Source: an uncultured delta proteobacterium
Lineage (GTDB): Bacteria; Desulfobacterota; Binatia; DP-6
Direction: 5' to 3'
DNA length: 64,000 bases
Assembly: GCA_963815115.1 (NCBI GenBank)
Contig: CAWFFN010000012.1
Coordinates: 512,001-576,000 of the forward strand
A model generated the notes under the pieces. That model was not told the origin of the DNA and did not search any database. It was given only the letters and a program-made list of their open reading frames with translations. The translations under genes and the position numbers were made by a program. Below, piece after piece: positions 52,154 through 62,174 of this stretch. Within the stretch, counting starts at the first letter, position 1. The number at the start of each line of letters is the position of its first letter.

Positions 52154-52314
52154 GGCGGCGCTCCGGCGAGGGGCTCCTGGGGGCACATGGGCGCGGGAGA
52201 ATAGCGGGAAGCCTCCCGGATGACGAGAGCAACGAAGCCCGCTTACGTTGTGGCACCTGCGGGGGTCCAGCGACGCTGTTCCCAATCCCGACGGTGCCCG
52301 CGTATACTGCGCCG

Positions 52315-52722
52315 GTGACCGCCATTGACGACATCCGCGGCGTACTGGATCAGCGCGACGATGTCCGCCTCGCGTACGTCTTCGGTTCCGTCGCCCGCGG
52401 GCACGCCCGGCCCCGCAGTGACGTCGACGTGGCGGTGCTCTTCGAGGGGGAGGCCACGCCGGGGGTGCTGGACCATTTCACCGAGGACCTCGAAGACGCT
52501 GCGGGCCGACGGGTCGATCTCATCGATCTCGCGACGGCTCCTCCCCTTCTGGCGCATCAGGTCGTGTCCACGGGCACCTGCATCGTGTGTCGCAACCCGA
52601 GGGAGCGTGCGTCCTTCGAGACCAGGACCGTCATCCGCTATCTCGACACTGCGCATCTCCGAAAGCTCCAGCACAGGTATCTCGCCAAACGCGTACAGGC
52701 GCGTCATGACGATCGAGCCTGA
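52315..52722 (+). CDS. mntA: MNT nucleotidyltransferase antitoxin (MntA-like)
   Basis: AYVFGSVARG..RPRSDVDVAV (GSX10DXD); TATACT 6 nt before the GTG suggests a leaderless transcript. Confidence 0.9.
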   Translation: MTAIDDIRGVLDQRDDVRLAYVFGSVARGHARPRSDVDVAVLFEGEATPGVLDHFTEDLEDAAGRRVDLIDLATAPPLLAHQVVSTGTCIVCRNPRERASFETRTVIRYLDTAHLRKLQHRYLAKRVQARHDDRA

Positions 52723-53134
52723 CGTCGTCAGGCGCAAGCTTCTCGAGATCAACGAGGCCACGGGGCACCTGCGTTCGTGGATCCCGGTTACAATCGAGCG
52801 GCTCGAGACGGACCAGCAACTCCGCTGGGCCGTCGAGCGGGGCCTGCAGGTCGCCGCCGAGGCGCTTTTCGACGTCGGGGCGCACATTCTTACAGCCGAA
52901 TTCCAGGAGGCTGTGGACGAATACCGGCACATTCCGAAGCGACTCCTAGCCCGAGGCGTCCTGTCGTCGGAGACCGCTGCAAAGCTGAAAGGCCTCGCCG
53001 GCTTTCGCAATGTCCTTGTGCACGAGTACGCCGAGATCGACCTGAAGCGCGTTCACGCTGGGCTCGAGCGACTCGGCGACTTCGACGCGTTCGTCTCGGA
53101 CGTGGAGCGCTGGCTGCAAGAGAGGACGGGGTGA
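52706..53134 (+). CDS. hepT: HEPN (DUF86) RNase toxin (HepT-like)
   Basis: AVERGLQVAAE, GFRNVLVHEY (RX4HXY). Confidence 0.9.
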   Translation: MTIEPDVVRRKLLEINEATGHLRSWIPVTIERLETDQQLRWAVERGLQVAAEALFDVGAHILTAEFQEAVDEYRHIPKRLLARGVLSSETAAKLKGLAGFRNVLVHEYAEIDLKRVHAGLERLGDFDAFVSDVERWLQERTG

Positions 53135-53410
53135 GGAGGTGATGACGGGGCTGCTCGAGCGACACGGCCCCGGGTGGCTCGGGGCAGGACACCCTATTTC
53201 TTGATCATGACGTGCTCTCCTTGAGGTATGAATTGAGGTACGAACGTCGGCGACGGCCTGCGCAGGCGCCGGAGGTTCGATCGGCCATCGATCACGCGGA
53301 CCGCGCGCAACGGTGTCATGCTCGTGAGCCGTACAGTTTCGTGCGAGACACCTGCCGATCTGCGCGCGCTGCGCAGCCCGCTCCCGCTGTGTGTGGGCCC
53401 GCGATATTCA

Positions 53411-54277
53411 CTATAGGGAGATATGGAAGCAAGAACACGGGAAATTGTCAGCACCCACACAGGATGATCCAATAGGACAATGGCCGCCGCATTGGGGAAA
53501 CGTACCCCCGCAGACGGGGGGTGGGGCACAGCCGCACGTTCCACCGAAGTTGACGCCCACACATCTCATCCCGTTAGGGCAAGTGCCGTTGCAGGCCGGC
53601 CTAGATCCCCTACACGTGAAGATCATCGTGGTCGTTGTGGTCGTGGTCGTTGTGGTCGTGGTCGGGGTCATCGGCGGTGAGCAGGTGCCCTCGGTCACCG
53701 GCTTTGCAACCTTGAACTGCTTCGTGCCGTCGTTGGTGACCTGCCCGTCCGCGAAGCGAACGTCGTAGGTGTCGCCGCCCTCCCCGACCTCGAGCCGCAT
53801 GCAGCCGTCCGTGCCGGGGTTGGGTGGCAACACGGCAATCGCCCCGAGCTGGCCGATGGCGACGGCCTTGATCCGGAAGACCCCGCCACCCGATCTCTTC
53901 AGCTGCGCGACTTTGACCGGGCCATTCTCGCCCTTCGAGTCCTTGTACTTGAAGCCCCTGACGGCATCGCCGCTCCAGAACGGCTGCCCGGTCAGTGCGC
54001 TCGTGCCTCCGGGCAAGGTGAACGTCTGCTCGCTCGACGTACCGCCGTTGGCCGTGAGCGTGAGGGTCGCACCCGAGCCGGCGGGGTCACCCACGATGGT
54101 ATCGGGGCTCCCCACCTCCCTCGCTTTGACCACGACCTGCCGCCTGGCGGGCGTGCTCGGATTCTTCACTACGAGCTGGTCGCCGAGGATGGTCTGGTCG
54201 GCGGCGCCGGCGGGCCGTGCCGCCGTCACCGTCAGGGCAAGCAGCAGGGCGATGTGGGTCGTCGGACGATGAAACAT
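53411..54277 (-). CDS. Secreted protein: uncharacterised beta domain, Thr linker, Cys-rich tail
   Basis: GGAGG RBS, signal ending PAGA, GDPAGSGATL...FKYKD..GENGPVK, TTTTTTTTTTT, CNGTCPNGMRC...CGGHCPIGSSC. Confidence 0.8.
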   Translation of the reverse strand: MFHRPTTHIALLLALTVTAARPAGAADQTILGDQLVVKNPSTPARRQVVVKAREVGSPDTIVGDPAGSGATLTLTANGGTSSEQTFTLPGGTSALTGQPFWSGDAVRGFKYKDSKGENGPVKVAQLKRSGGGVFRIKAVAIGQLGAIAVLPPNPGTDGCMRLEVGEGGDTYDVRFADGQVTNDGTKQFKVAKPVTEGTCSPPMTPTTTTTTTTTTTTMIFTCRGSRPACNGTCPNGMRCVGVNFGGTCGCAPPPVCGGTFPQCGGHCPIGSSCVGADNFPCSCFHISL

Positions 54278-54420
54278 GGCCGGAGTCCTCCTCGCGGTTG
54301 GTCGTCGGTGGTGTTCGGATGCCCGAAGCAGACTGCGGCGTCTCACCCTGGGGGCGTCGAAGGCCGCCGTTTCTGGGCCTCGTCAAGGACCGGTCGGATC
54401 AATGAACCTCCTCCGAAAGG

Positions 54421-54482
54421 GGAACGTGACAACGGTGGGAACATGGGTGTGACGCGGCTGGGAACATCACCGGAACATCACC
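54421..54482 (-). promoter_or_regulatory. Tandem direct-repeat motif, copy A: (ATGTTCCC-N5-YGTCAC)x2 plus an extra GGTGATGTTCC
   Basis: Minus strand: ggtgATGTTCCCagccgCGTCACacccATGTTCCCaccgtTGTCACgttcc, ~145 bp upstream of 54277. Confidence 0.7.
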
Positions 54483-54923
54483 GGGGGCTGAGGATGGCGC
54501 TTGTCCGGTCCCGGCCCTGCCGGTCCCCGCCCGGCGCAACCGTGCCCCACGGACTGCGCTGTCCTACAGCGCGGCCCCGAAGCGGCCGGAGGCGGTCGAG
54601 GCGGTGCAGGTCTTGCCGAGGCGCCCCGTCACGTGCTGCCGCAGGTCGCTTGCGCGGGGAAGATAGAGCTTTCAAGGGCCGATTCGGCCCTCGCGCCTTC
54701 TACCAGCCCCCGTCGCTCTGTAACGACGTGTGGGGTGTCCCGTGTTCCTCGGAGCGCTCCGCCGAGACGACACCCAAGGGACGCCCTAGTGTCGCGTCGA
54801 GGACAAGTCCGCTACGAAATGGGCTACGGAACGGTTCATCGCCGCGCGATAGCTTGCGGGTGCCTCCGCCGCACACCCGGGAGGGGTCTCGCGATCGCCG
54901 GGCCGAGTGTCCGTGGCCTGGGC

Positions 54924-54975
54924 GGTGATGTTCCCTTCCGTGTCACATGCATGTTCCCTGCGCTGTCACGGTTCC
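54924..54975 (+). promoter_or_regulatory. Tandem direct-repeat motif, copy B
   Basis: ggtgATGTTCCCttccgTGTCACatgcATGTTCCCtgcgcTGTCACggttcc, just upstream of ATG 54994. Confidence 0.7.
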
Positions 54976-54993
54976 ATGGCGAAGGGAGAAACC

Positions 54994-56334
54994 ATGAACT
55001 CAGTGCACGCACGTTTTTCCGCAGTGCTCGTAGGCGTCGTCGGGCTCGCGGCCGTCGTCGTGACGACGAGCCGCGATGCCGGGGCGGTGCTGCCGCCCGG
55101 CAACACGGTGCAGCAGTGGAACAAGATCGCAGAGGACACGGTCGTTGGCTCGGGCGCGTTCCAGGTCGAAGGCCTGATCTACATGGCCTACGTGTCCGCT
55201 GCCGTGTATGACGCGGTGACCTCGATCGAGGGTGGCTACGAACCGTACGCGACCGATATCCCGGCGCCGCCAGGGGCATCGACGGAGGCGGCGGTGGTCG
55301 AGGCCGCCTACCGAACGCTTCTCAACTACTTCCCGACGCAGGGAGCGACACTCATGCCGCTCTATGACGGAAGCCCTGGCGCTCATCGCCGACGGGAAGG
55401 CGAAGGATGATGGCAAGGCGATCGGGCTCACGGCTGAGGACGGCATCATCGCTCTCCGTACGGGCGACGGGCGCCTGACGCCGATCGGCACGACATCGCC
55501 GTTCCCGACGCTGCCGCAGGGCCCGGGCGTCTGGCGGTTGACGCCCCCTGGGTTCCTCGTGCCGCAGGTACCCTGGGCGGGATCGGTCACGCCCTTCGTG
55601 CTCGAGCGAGGAGACCAGTTCCTGCCCGGTCCTCCGCCCTCGCTCGGGAGCAAGCGGTGGGTGAGGGACTTCAACGAGATCAAGACCTACGGTGCGGCGA
55701 GCGGTAGCGCTCGGACCGACGAGCAAACTGCGGCCGCGCGGTTCTGGACGGCGAACGTCATCAGGCAGTACAGCCGCCTGCTCCGTGACGTCGCCGATGC
55801 CCACGCACTTGATCTGCTCCAGACGGCGCGGCTCGCGGCGATGGTCGAGCTCGTCGGCGCCGATGCGGGAATCTCGGTGATCAACGCCAAGTACCACTAC
55901 CTCTTCTGGCGGCCGGTGACGGCGATCAACCAGACCGCGGTCACGGCCTGACGGCTTCGGGCCGGTGCCCGGGTTCGACGACGGGAATCCGGCGACGATC
56001 GAAGACACCACGTGGCAGCCGCTCCTCACGACGCCGAACCATCCCGAGTACCCCAGCGCCCACGGCGTGTTGACCTCGGCGATGGCGGAGGTGTTCCGCA
56101 AGTTCCTGGGGACGAGCAAGGTCGATCTCGACATCCACGGCTTCGACGCGGCGGGGCTCGCCAGGGAACCTGGACGCCGTGCGCCACTTCCACAAGATAG
56201 GCGCGCTCCCCAGGGAGATCATCGAGGTGAGGATCTGGGGAGGCCTCCACTACCGCAACTCGGATGAAGTGGGCGTCGCGGTCGGCCAGAAGGTTGCCCG
56301 CTACGACTTGGGGCACGCTTTCAAGGCGCGTTGA
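54994..56334 (+). pseudogene. Secreted vanadium-dependent haloperoxidase / PAP2 family protein, about three frameshifts
   Basis: NTVQQWN...AAVYDAVTSI, RDFNEIKTYG...RTDEQT..ARFW, AKYHYLFWRPVTAI, TPNHPEYPSAHG, RIWGGLHYR, spread over successive frames. Confidence 0.85.
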
Positions 56335-56353
56335 ACAGACGCAGTCGAGATGA

Positions 56354-56390
56354 AGGGAGCCGGGCCCGCGGTGGGGCCCGGCTCGCCCTC
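56354..56390. terminator. GC-rich hairpin after the haloperoxidase gene
   Basis: GAGCCGGGCCC-gcggtg-GGGCCCGGCTC. Confidence 0.5.
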
Positions 56391-56589
56391 CGTTGACAGG
56401 CCACGTCAGCGATGCAGTGACGGGAGGCTCCGGTGAGCACGTCAGCCCGTGTAGAGAGGCGTGATCGCGGGTTCAACCTGCTCGTCGCGGCAGGAGCGAG
56501 CGGGACCACACGCGACTCGATCTCCGGCTGCCGGCGCTCGTCGAGCACCCGGCGCAGTGGCGTGCGCCGCGCGACGACCTGAGCTTGCT

Positions 56590-57060
56590 GCTCCGCGCCG
56601 TGACGAAGATCTTCGCAGTCCTCCTGATCAGGTCGGCCACACTCCTCAGATCGTTGTTCTCCATGAACGAGCGGCCGAGCATCAGCACGCGCCTGGTGCG
56701 CGCGCGGACGACGAAGAAGCCGCTCTCGGGCACCAGGCCGTTCTAGCCGCGAGACAGCAGCAGGTACTTGCCGCCCAGGCCGCGATCGGGGCCGGGCAGC
56801 CGAAATCGATGACCCAGCGCCATCAGAAATCGTCGATCGTGCCGAGCGTATCGGGCGGCGTTTCGAGCATCATCGGCCCCTTGCTCAGGTCGATGACGCC
56901 GACGAAATAGCGTGTCCGCGTTCGCCGTCAGGAACAGCGACTTGGCATGGATCAGCTCGGAGAAGATGAGGATATCGCTATCCTTCACGCCGGCGTCGCC
57001 GAAACCTTTGTGAACGGCTGCCGCGTTGACGCCCTGCATAGCTGCTCGGCGCTGGGCGCG
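56590..57060 (-). pseudogene. Decayed DUF1254/DUF1214 family gene
   Basis: ILIFSELIHAKSLFLTANADT, LPGPDRGLGGKYLL and VPESGFFV.RART..V..LGRSFMENND, broken by frameshifts and a stop; both ends missing. Confidence 0.75.
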
Positions 57061-57249
57061 ACTGCCCTCGGTGACGTGCTACAGCGCGGCGACGGCGGCA
57101 ACGACTATCGCGGAGGTGGGGTGCGGTGCTGCCGAGCTGTACACCGAGCGCCTGGTCACCACTCAGGGTGACCGACCGATAGCGGCCGTGCTGTTCGGTT
57201 CGGCGACCCGACGACCGGTACTCCTCCTTCCTTCTGGGCCCGCGCGACG

Positions 57250-57291
57250 ATGTTCCCTGTCGCGTTCCATGCATGTTCCCTTGGTTGTCAC
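57250..57291 (+). promoter_or_regulatory. Tandem direct-repeat motif, copy C
   Basis: ATGTTCCCtgtcgCGTTCCatgcATGTTCCCttggtTGTCAC, ~130 bp upstream of AAGGAAGG-ATG 57419. Confidence 0.65.
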
Positions 57292-57418
57292 ACCTCCATC
57301 TCGGGGCCGGCGGGCCCGTCCAGGATGCACCGACGGCACCCTCGTCCAGAAGTTCGCATGCCCAATAGAGGCCGTCGGCCGGCTGTTACGGGAGATCCCC
57401 CCAAAAGGAAGGTGCCAC

Positions 57419-58510
57419 ATGAATCGGACGCTTTGCAGCCGCCATCCTGCTTCGCTCAGAATATCCGCATATCCGCCCGCCGGATTTCGGCGGCCATGGT
57501 GCCCGGCTCTCTCCGCCGCCTCGCCTGGCTCGTTCCCCTCTGCGCCCTGATCGGCTCCGCTGGAGCGGCGGGCGCAGGCACCCCCGCGCAGACGTGTGCC
57601 GCCGCGAAGCTGAAGGCGGCGGGCACGGAAATCGGGGGCGAGATGGGCTGCTACGGGAAGGCGAAGCAGGCGGGCGTTGCCGTCGATGGGGGCTGTCTCT
57701 CGAGGCAACGGATGAAGGCGGACAGGCGGATCAACTCGCTTGACGGCGCCTGCTCCGGCACGGCGGCGGCCATCGACGCGGCCGTCGATAATTGCGTGGC
57801 CGCGTTCCTCAGCGACGACCCCGGCAACGGGGTGTGCCCGGCGGCGAGCGCGCAGAAGATCGGCAAGGGCGGGAAGGCGGAACTCGCGTGTCAGGCGAAG
57901 GAAGTCTTGAGGCCGGGCATGTTCGCGGCGTGTGATGAGAAAGCCGACGGCAAGACGGGCGCGGGCCTAGAGAACGCGGGCGGCTGCGTGAATCCGACGG
58001 CCGTCCTCACGGACATCGACAACTGCAACACCGCCATTGACGCCATCATCGAGCAGACGACGACCACCACCACCGAGCGACGACCACCAGCGAGCAGACG
58101 ACCACCACCGAGCAGACGACCACCACCACCATCCCGTCCCCCTGCACTAGTAGTTCCGGTGGTAGTCCCTGCGATGCTTCTTGCCCTGGCTCTGTTTGCG
58201 CCCCGGAGTCGCCGCCTCCCACGGGGCATGGGCATCGCTGTCCATCGCCCCCCCAGCACCTTAGCCCCGGGGATGCCTGCGTAGATGCAGACATCTGCGA
58301 TTATGTTGAGTGCCAGCTCGGACGGTGACTGTGGCTCGGGCAAGGTCTGCTTGAGGCCCTTTCCCGTCCCCTTCGGCAGCTGCAATGGTCCAGTTACAAC
58401 GTGCTGCTCCTCATGCGCATCCTATTCTTGCTTGATTTCCCAGGCGCCCGCGTGCGGCGGCACGTGCCCGAGCGGACAGGTCTGCGCGGTGACTCCGGTG
58501 ACTCATGCGT
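57419..58510 (+). pseudogene. Secreted Cys-paired helical domain, Thr/Ser linker and Cys-rich region; frameshifted, possibly continuous with the NHL repeats
   Basis: Signal LAWLVPLCALIGSAGA, CAAAKLKAAG...CYGKA...CPAASAQKIGK...CQAK, 18-bp linker repeats at ~58050-58130, then CGGTCPSGQVC motifs in other frames. Confidence 0.65.
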
Positions 58511-58519
58511 CCTGGCGTC

Positions 58520-59541
58520 CGACCAACACGTGGACTTCCTCACCACGTGGGGCAGCCCGGGCAGCGTGTGACGGACAGTTCAGCGGGCAGTTCTGCGGCA
58601 GCCCATGGCGTCGCCGCGGATGCGAGCGGGCAGGTCTTCGTGGCAGACTCCGGGAACATCCGCATCCAGAAGTGCACTGCATCGTGCCCGTTCGTCACCA
58701 AGTGGGGCAGCTGCGGGCAGCGGGGACGGGCAGTTCAACCACCCGGTGGGGGTCGCCGTGGATGGGAGCGGGAACGTCTTCGTCGCCGACAATTCGGCAA
58801 CCACCGCATCCAGAAGTTCGACAACACCGGGACGTTCGTGACCACGTGGGGGAGCGCGGGCAGCGGGGACGGGCAGTTCATTAACCCGGTGGGGGTCGCC
58901 GTGGATGGGAGCGGGAACGTCTTCGTCGCCGACTCGCGCAACAACCGCATCCAGAAGTTCACGAACACCGGCACCTTCCTCACCACGTGGGGCAGCCTGG
59001 GCAGCGGGGACGGGCAGTTCCATACCCCGCAGCGGGGTTGCCGTGGATGGGAGCGGGAACGTCTTCGTCGCCGACGTCGCCAACAACCGCATCCAGAAGT
59101 TCACGAACACCGGCACGTTCTTGACCAAGTGGGGCAGAATGGGCAGCGGGGACGGGCAGTTCAATGAGCCCCATTGGCCTCGCCGTGGATGGGAACGGGA
59201 ACGTCTTCGTCGCCGACACGCAACAACCGCATCCAGAAGTTCACGAACACCGGCACGTTCTTGACCAAGTGGGGCAGCGCGGGCAGCGGGGACGGGCAGT
59301 TCGACCAGTCCCGTCGACGTCGCCGTGGATGGGAGCGGGAACGTCTTCGTCGCCGACTCCGCCAACAACCGCATCCAGGAGTTCGACGAACACCGGTACC
59401 TTCCTCGCCACGCGAGGCTGCCCGGGCAGCGGGGAGGGGCAGTTCAATTTCCCGCACGGCGTCGCCGTCGGATGCTCCAGCGGAAATGTGTTCGTCGCCG
59501 ACGAGTTCAACAACCGCATCCAGAAGTTCGCGTGTCCATAG
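58520..59541 (+). repeat. About seven ~141-bp NHL repeats (6-bladed beta-propeller type), disrupted by indels
   Basis: GQFNxPxGVAVDGSGNVFVADxxNNRIQKFTNTGTFLTKWGSxGSGD units, with GTCGCCGTGGAT-like anchors near 58610, 58752, 58895, 59037, 59179, 59319 and 59461; ends QKFACP*. Confidence 0.9.
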
Positions 59542-59718
59542 TGATAGGCATTGGGCTACGTCGCCCAGCGCGAGCAGCTCCTCGCCCCTTCCCGGACCGC
59601 TCCGGGTTCGCGGCGTGGGGCTGCAACAGTGCGAGGTGCCTGCGACGTCCCGGGGTGAGAGGCGACATTCCCGCCCGCCTCGCCGCCGCCGCGGGTGGCT
59701 CGCCGCGCGCGGTCGGCC

Positions 59719-61271
59719 TCAGTCCCCGCCGCGCTGCGAGTACGCGAACGGGCCGGCGACCTCGACGTGGAGGGTGCCATCGGGGTCGGTCGTCATGCCG
59801 CGCGCGCTGGTGAGCTGACGGAGTCCCGTGGCGTCCGGCCGCATCGCGAAGAGCTGATCCCCGAACGGGTTGGCGCCGACGGGATCGCAGCTCGACTCGA
59901 ACAGCACCGTCCCGGTGACCTGATCGACCGCGGGGCTGAGTTCAAAGATTCCGCACCCCGGGGCGTTAAACACGCAGCCCTGCTCGGTCCGCCGGCCGTC
60001 CCACGGGAGGTGGGTGAGCTGGCGCAGGTGGTCACCGCGGGTGCTGATGGTGAAGAGCTGGCAGATCTCGCCTGGGTTCTCGCCGAAGGGGTTCGCCGAC
60101 GCTGCGATGAGCACCTGGCCGCGAACCATCGGGGAGACGCCTTGCGCGCCGCCGGTGAAGGTGTCGGAGCGGTTGAATGCGGTCAGCTGCACGATGCTCT
60201 TGCCGTCGATCAGGAAGATCTCGCGCGCGAAAGCATCAGGATCGTCAGGGCGATTCACCGCAGGCCTGTCGGGAAAGAGAACCAGGACGGTATGCGGGTG
60301 CGCACCTGTGACGCCGAACTGCGACACGAGCTGCGCGCCGGGGGCCACGGTGATTGGCGGGACCTCCGTCTCCCTTCCACCATGGATCCCGACCTGGAAA
60401 GCCCTCCAGGAGTCATCACTGGTGGAACCGGAGTAGAAGCCGATGGTCCGGCGGTTGAGGAAGCTTGGAACCGAGATACCGGGATCATCGAACTCCAAAT
60501 TCGCGACCCGCGGTTGATGCGTGAGCTGGCGTCGCCGGCCGGAGCGCGAGTCGAGGAGAAAGACTTGCGGCGCTTCGTACCCGGCCGTGGCTGGGCCGAG
60601 GTCGACGAATACGATCGTCCGGCCGTTGGGACTGACTCCCCACCGGACTCCCCCAAATATTGTGTAAATGCGGCTGGCTGGCCCGAGCCGCCGGAGCCCC
60701 GTTCCGTTTGCCTTGACGAAGAAGATGCCCTCCTCGGGCGGCTCGGGCGTGGCGGCCGGCAGCTCTGAGAACTCCTTCGTCACGTCGAAGACCACCCCGG
60801 AGCCATCCGGTAGCACCGCCATGTTCTGGAAGACGCCCATACGGATGAACCAAGCGCCCAAGCGGCTTCCGCCCAATTCGAGGCACAGCCCGGTCGGATC
60901 GGGCGCCGGCATCGAGGGTCCGACCGCCATGACCGGGACCGGGTCGCAGTTCCCGCGCCGGATGAGGAGCATCTGTTGCAGCGAGGTCCGACCCTGCGGG
61001 TCGGTGGTGCACTCGTTCACCACGTAGGCCAGCGTCCGGATGCGCGCGCCCGGCGCGGTGCAGGTGCTCCGCTCGCCGCAGGTCGCTCGGCAGTCTCGCC
61101 GCTCCTGACCGCCCCCGGGACACGTCTGCTTGCACGCGGCCAGCTGCTCCGTGCAGGTGCTGGGGCACGCCGCCGCCGCCGCAGGTCTTCGCGTGGCTCC
61201 GAGCGATAGCTCGACGATCACCGCGAGGACAACTGCGAGACGACGGGACAGGCTTGACAGGTTACTGCCAT
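59719..61271 (-). CDS. Secreted protein with a Cys-rich N-terminus and TolB/PD40-like repeats
   Basis: CPSTCTEQLAACKQTC...; GIFFVKANGTGLRRL, VSPNGRTIVF, RRRQLT, LFAMRPDATGLRQLT. The likely ATG at 61271 is out of frame with the 59719-61221 ORF. Confidence 0.75.
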
Positions 61272-61467
61272 ACTCCGCGGCGCGTCAACTAGGCGGCTCC
61301 CGATCAATCCTCGCCCGGTCGATCGCGATACCGAACCCCGCACCAGCCTCGCCAACCGCCGGCGCTCACCGCGAGGACGCGAAAAGCCAGCGACTAGCGA
61401 CGCGACGCAGGGATGAGAAGCTCTTCGACGGCACCTGAGAAGCCTTGACGCCCAGAGCCGATCGCTG

Positions 61468-61487
61468 TATCGAGTTTAAACCTGATA
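61468..61487. promoter_or_regulatory. Palindromic operator upstream of the TA operon
   Basis: TATC-ga-GTTTAAAC-ct-GATA, with TTGACG at 61445 and GATAAT overlapping its right arm. Confidence 0.55.
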
Positions 61488-61506
61488 ATTCCCTGCTGAG
61501 GTGCAC

Positions 61507-61800
61507 ATGGTACAGCTCTCCGACATCTTCTCCGTCACTGACTTTCAACGAAACACCAAGGATCACCTCAAGCGCTTGGAGCGGTCAAAGCGTCCCCTCG
61601 TCCTCACGCTCAACGGCCGGGCAAAGGCCGTCGTCATGGACGCTGACAGCTATGAGCGGATCATGGCCATAGTTGATCAGGCCGAGACCCTCTCCGCCGT
61701 CGCCGAGGGTCTTGAGGATGCGAAGCATGGCCGCACGAAGCCTGCTCGGGCTTTTCTGGAGCAGATGCGCCGAAAGCACAAGCTGCCCAGGAGCGCATGA
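61507..61800 (+). CDS. Phd/YefM family antitoxin
   Basis: SVTDFQRNTK..L..L..SKRPLVLTLNGRAKAVVMDADSYE. Confidence 0.92.
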   Translation: MVQLSDIFSVTDFQRNTKDHLKRLERSKRPLVLTLNGRAKAVVMDADSYERIMAIVDQAETLSAVAEGLEDAKHGRTKPARAFLEQMRRKHKLPRSA

Positions 61801-62102
61801 GGTTCGGCGTCGAGGTCACACGACGGGCCGAGCGAGACATTGACCGAGCGTATGCGTGGTACAAGAAGCGCTCGCCGCAGGGGGCAGATGCCTGGCACAC
61901 AGACATCCTTGCGGCGATCGAGAGATTGGAGACTCTCCCCCGTCGCTGTCCGGTAGCCGAGGCCGAATCTGAAGCGTTCGGGGTCGAGGTCCGACAGCTC
62001 CTCTGCCGTGAGGACCGCGTTCTGTTCAGCGTGGAGAAAGAGACCGTCTTCCTCCTGACGGTGCGCCACACGAAGCGGAAACCGCTGGGACCTGCTTCCT
62101 GA
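61797..62102 (+). CDS. RelE/ParE family toxin
   Basis: VEVTRRAERDID...LETLPRRCPVA..E...EVRQL...RVLF...V..LTVRH; ATGA overlap with the antitoxin. Confidence 0.9.
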   Translation: MRFGVEVTRRAERDIDRAYAWYKKRSPQGADAWHTDILAAIERLETLPRRCPVAEAESEAFGVEVRQLLCREDRVLFSVEKETVFLLTVRHTKRKPLGPAS

Positions 62103-62174
62103 TGACCGAAGCCCGACTCTACGGATGCCGCCGTGCCTCCGATCAGCCTGGTCCCGGTCCGCGAACAATGACCC

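Noticed and set aside
53194-53222. AAGGAG RBS followed by ATG ATC AAG AAA TAG on the minus strand
   Set aside because: Possibly the start of a deleted gene, but four codons are too little to support a call.
58520-59541. Regular ~141-bp repeats as a possible CRISPR array
   Set aside because: The whole unit repeats and encodes NHL blades; there are no unique spacers and no cas genes.
52315-62102. Integron cassette array suggested by the TA pairs
   Set aside because: Genes are in mixed orientation, and I saw no attC-like repeats or integrase.
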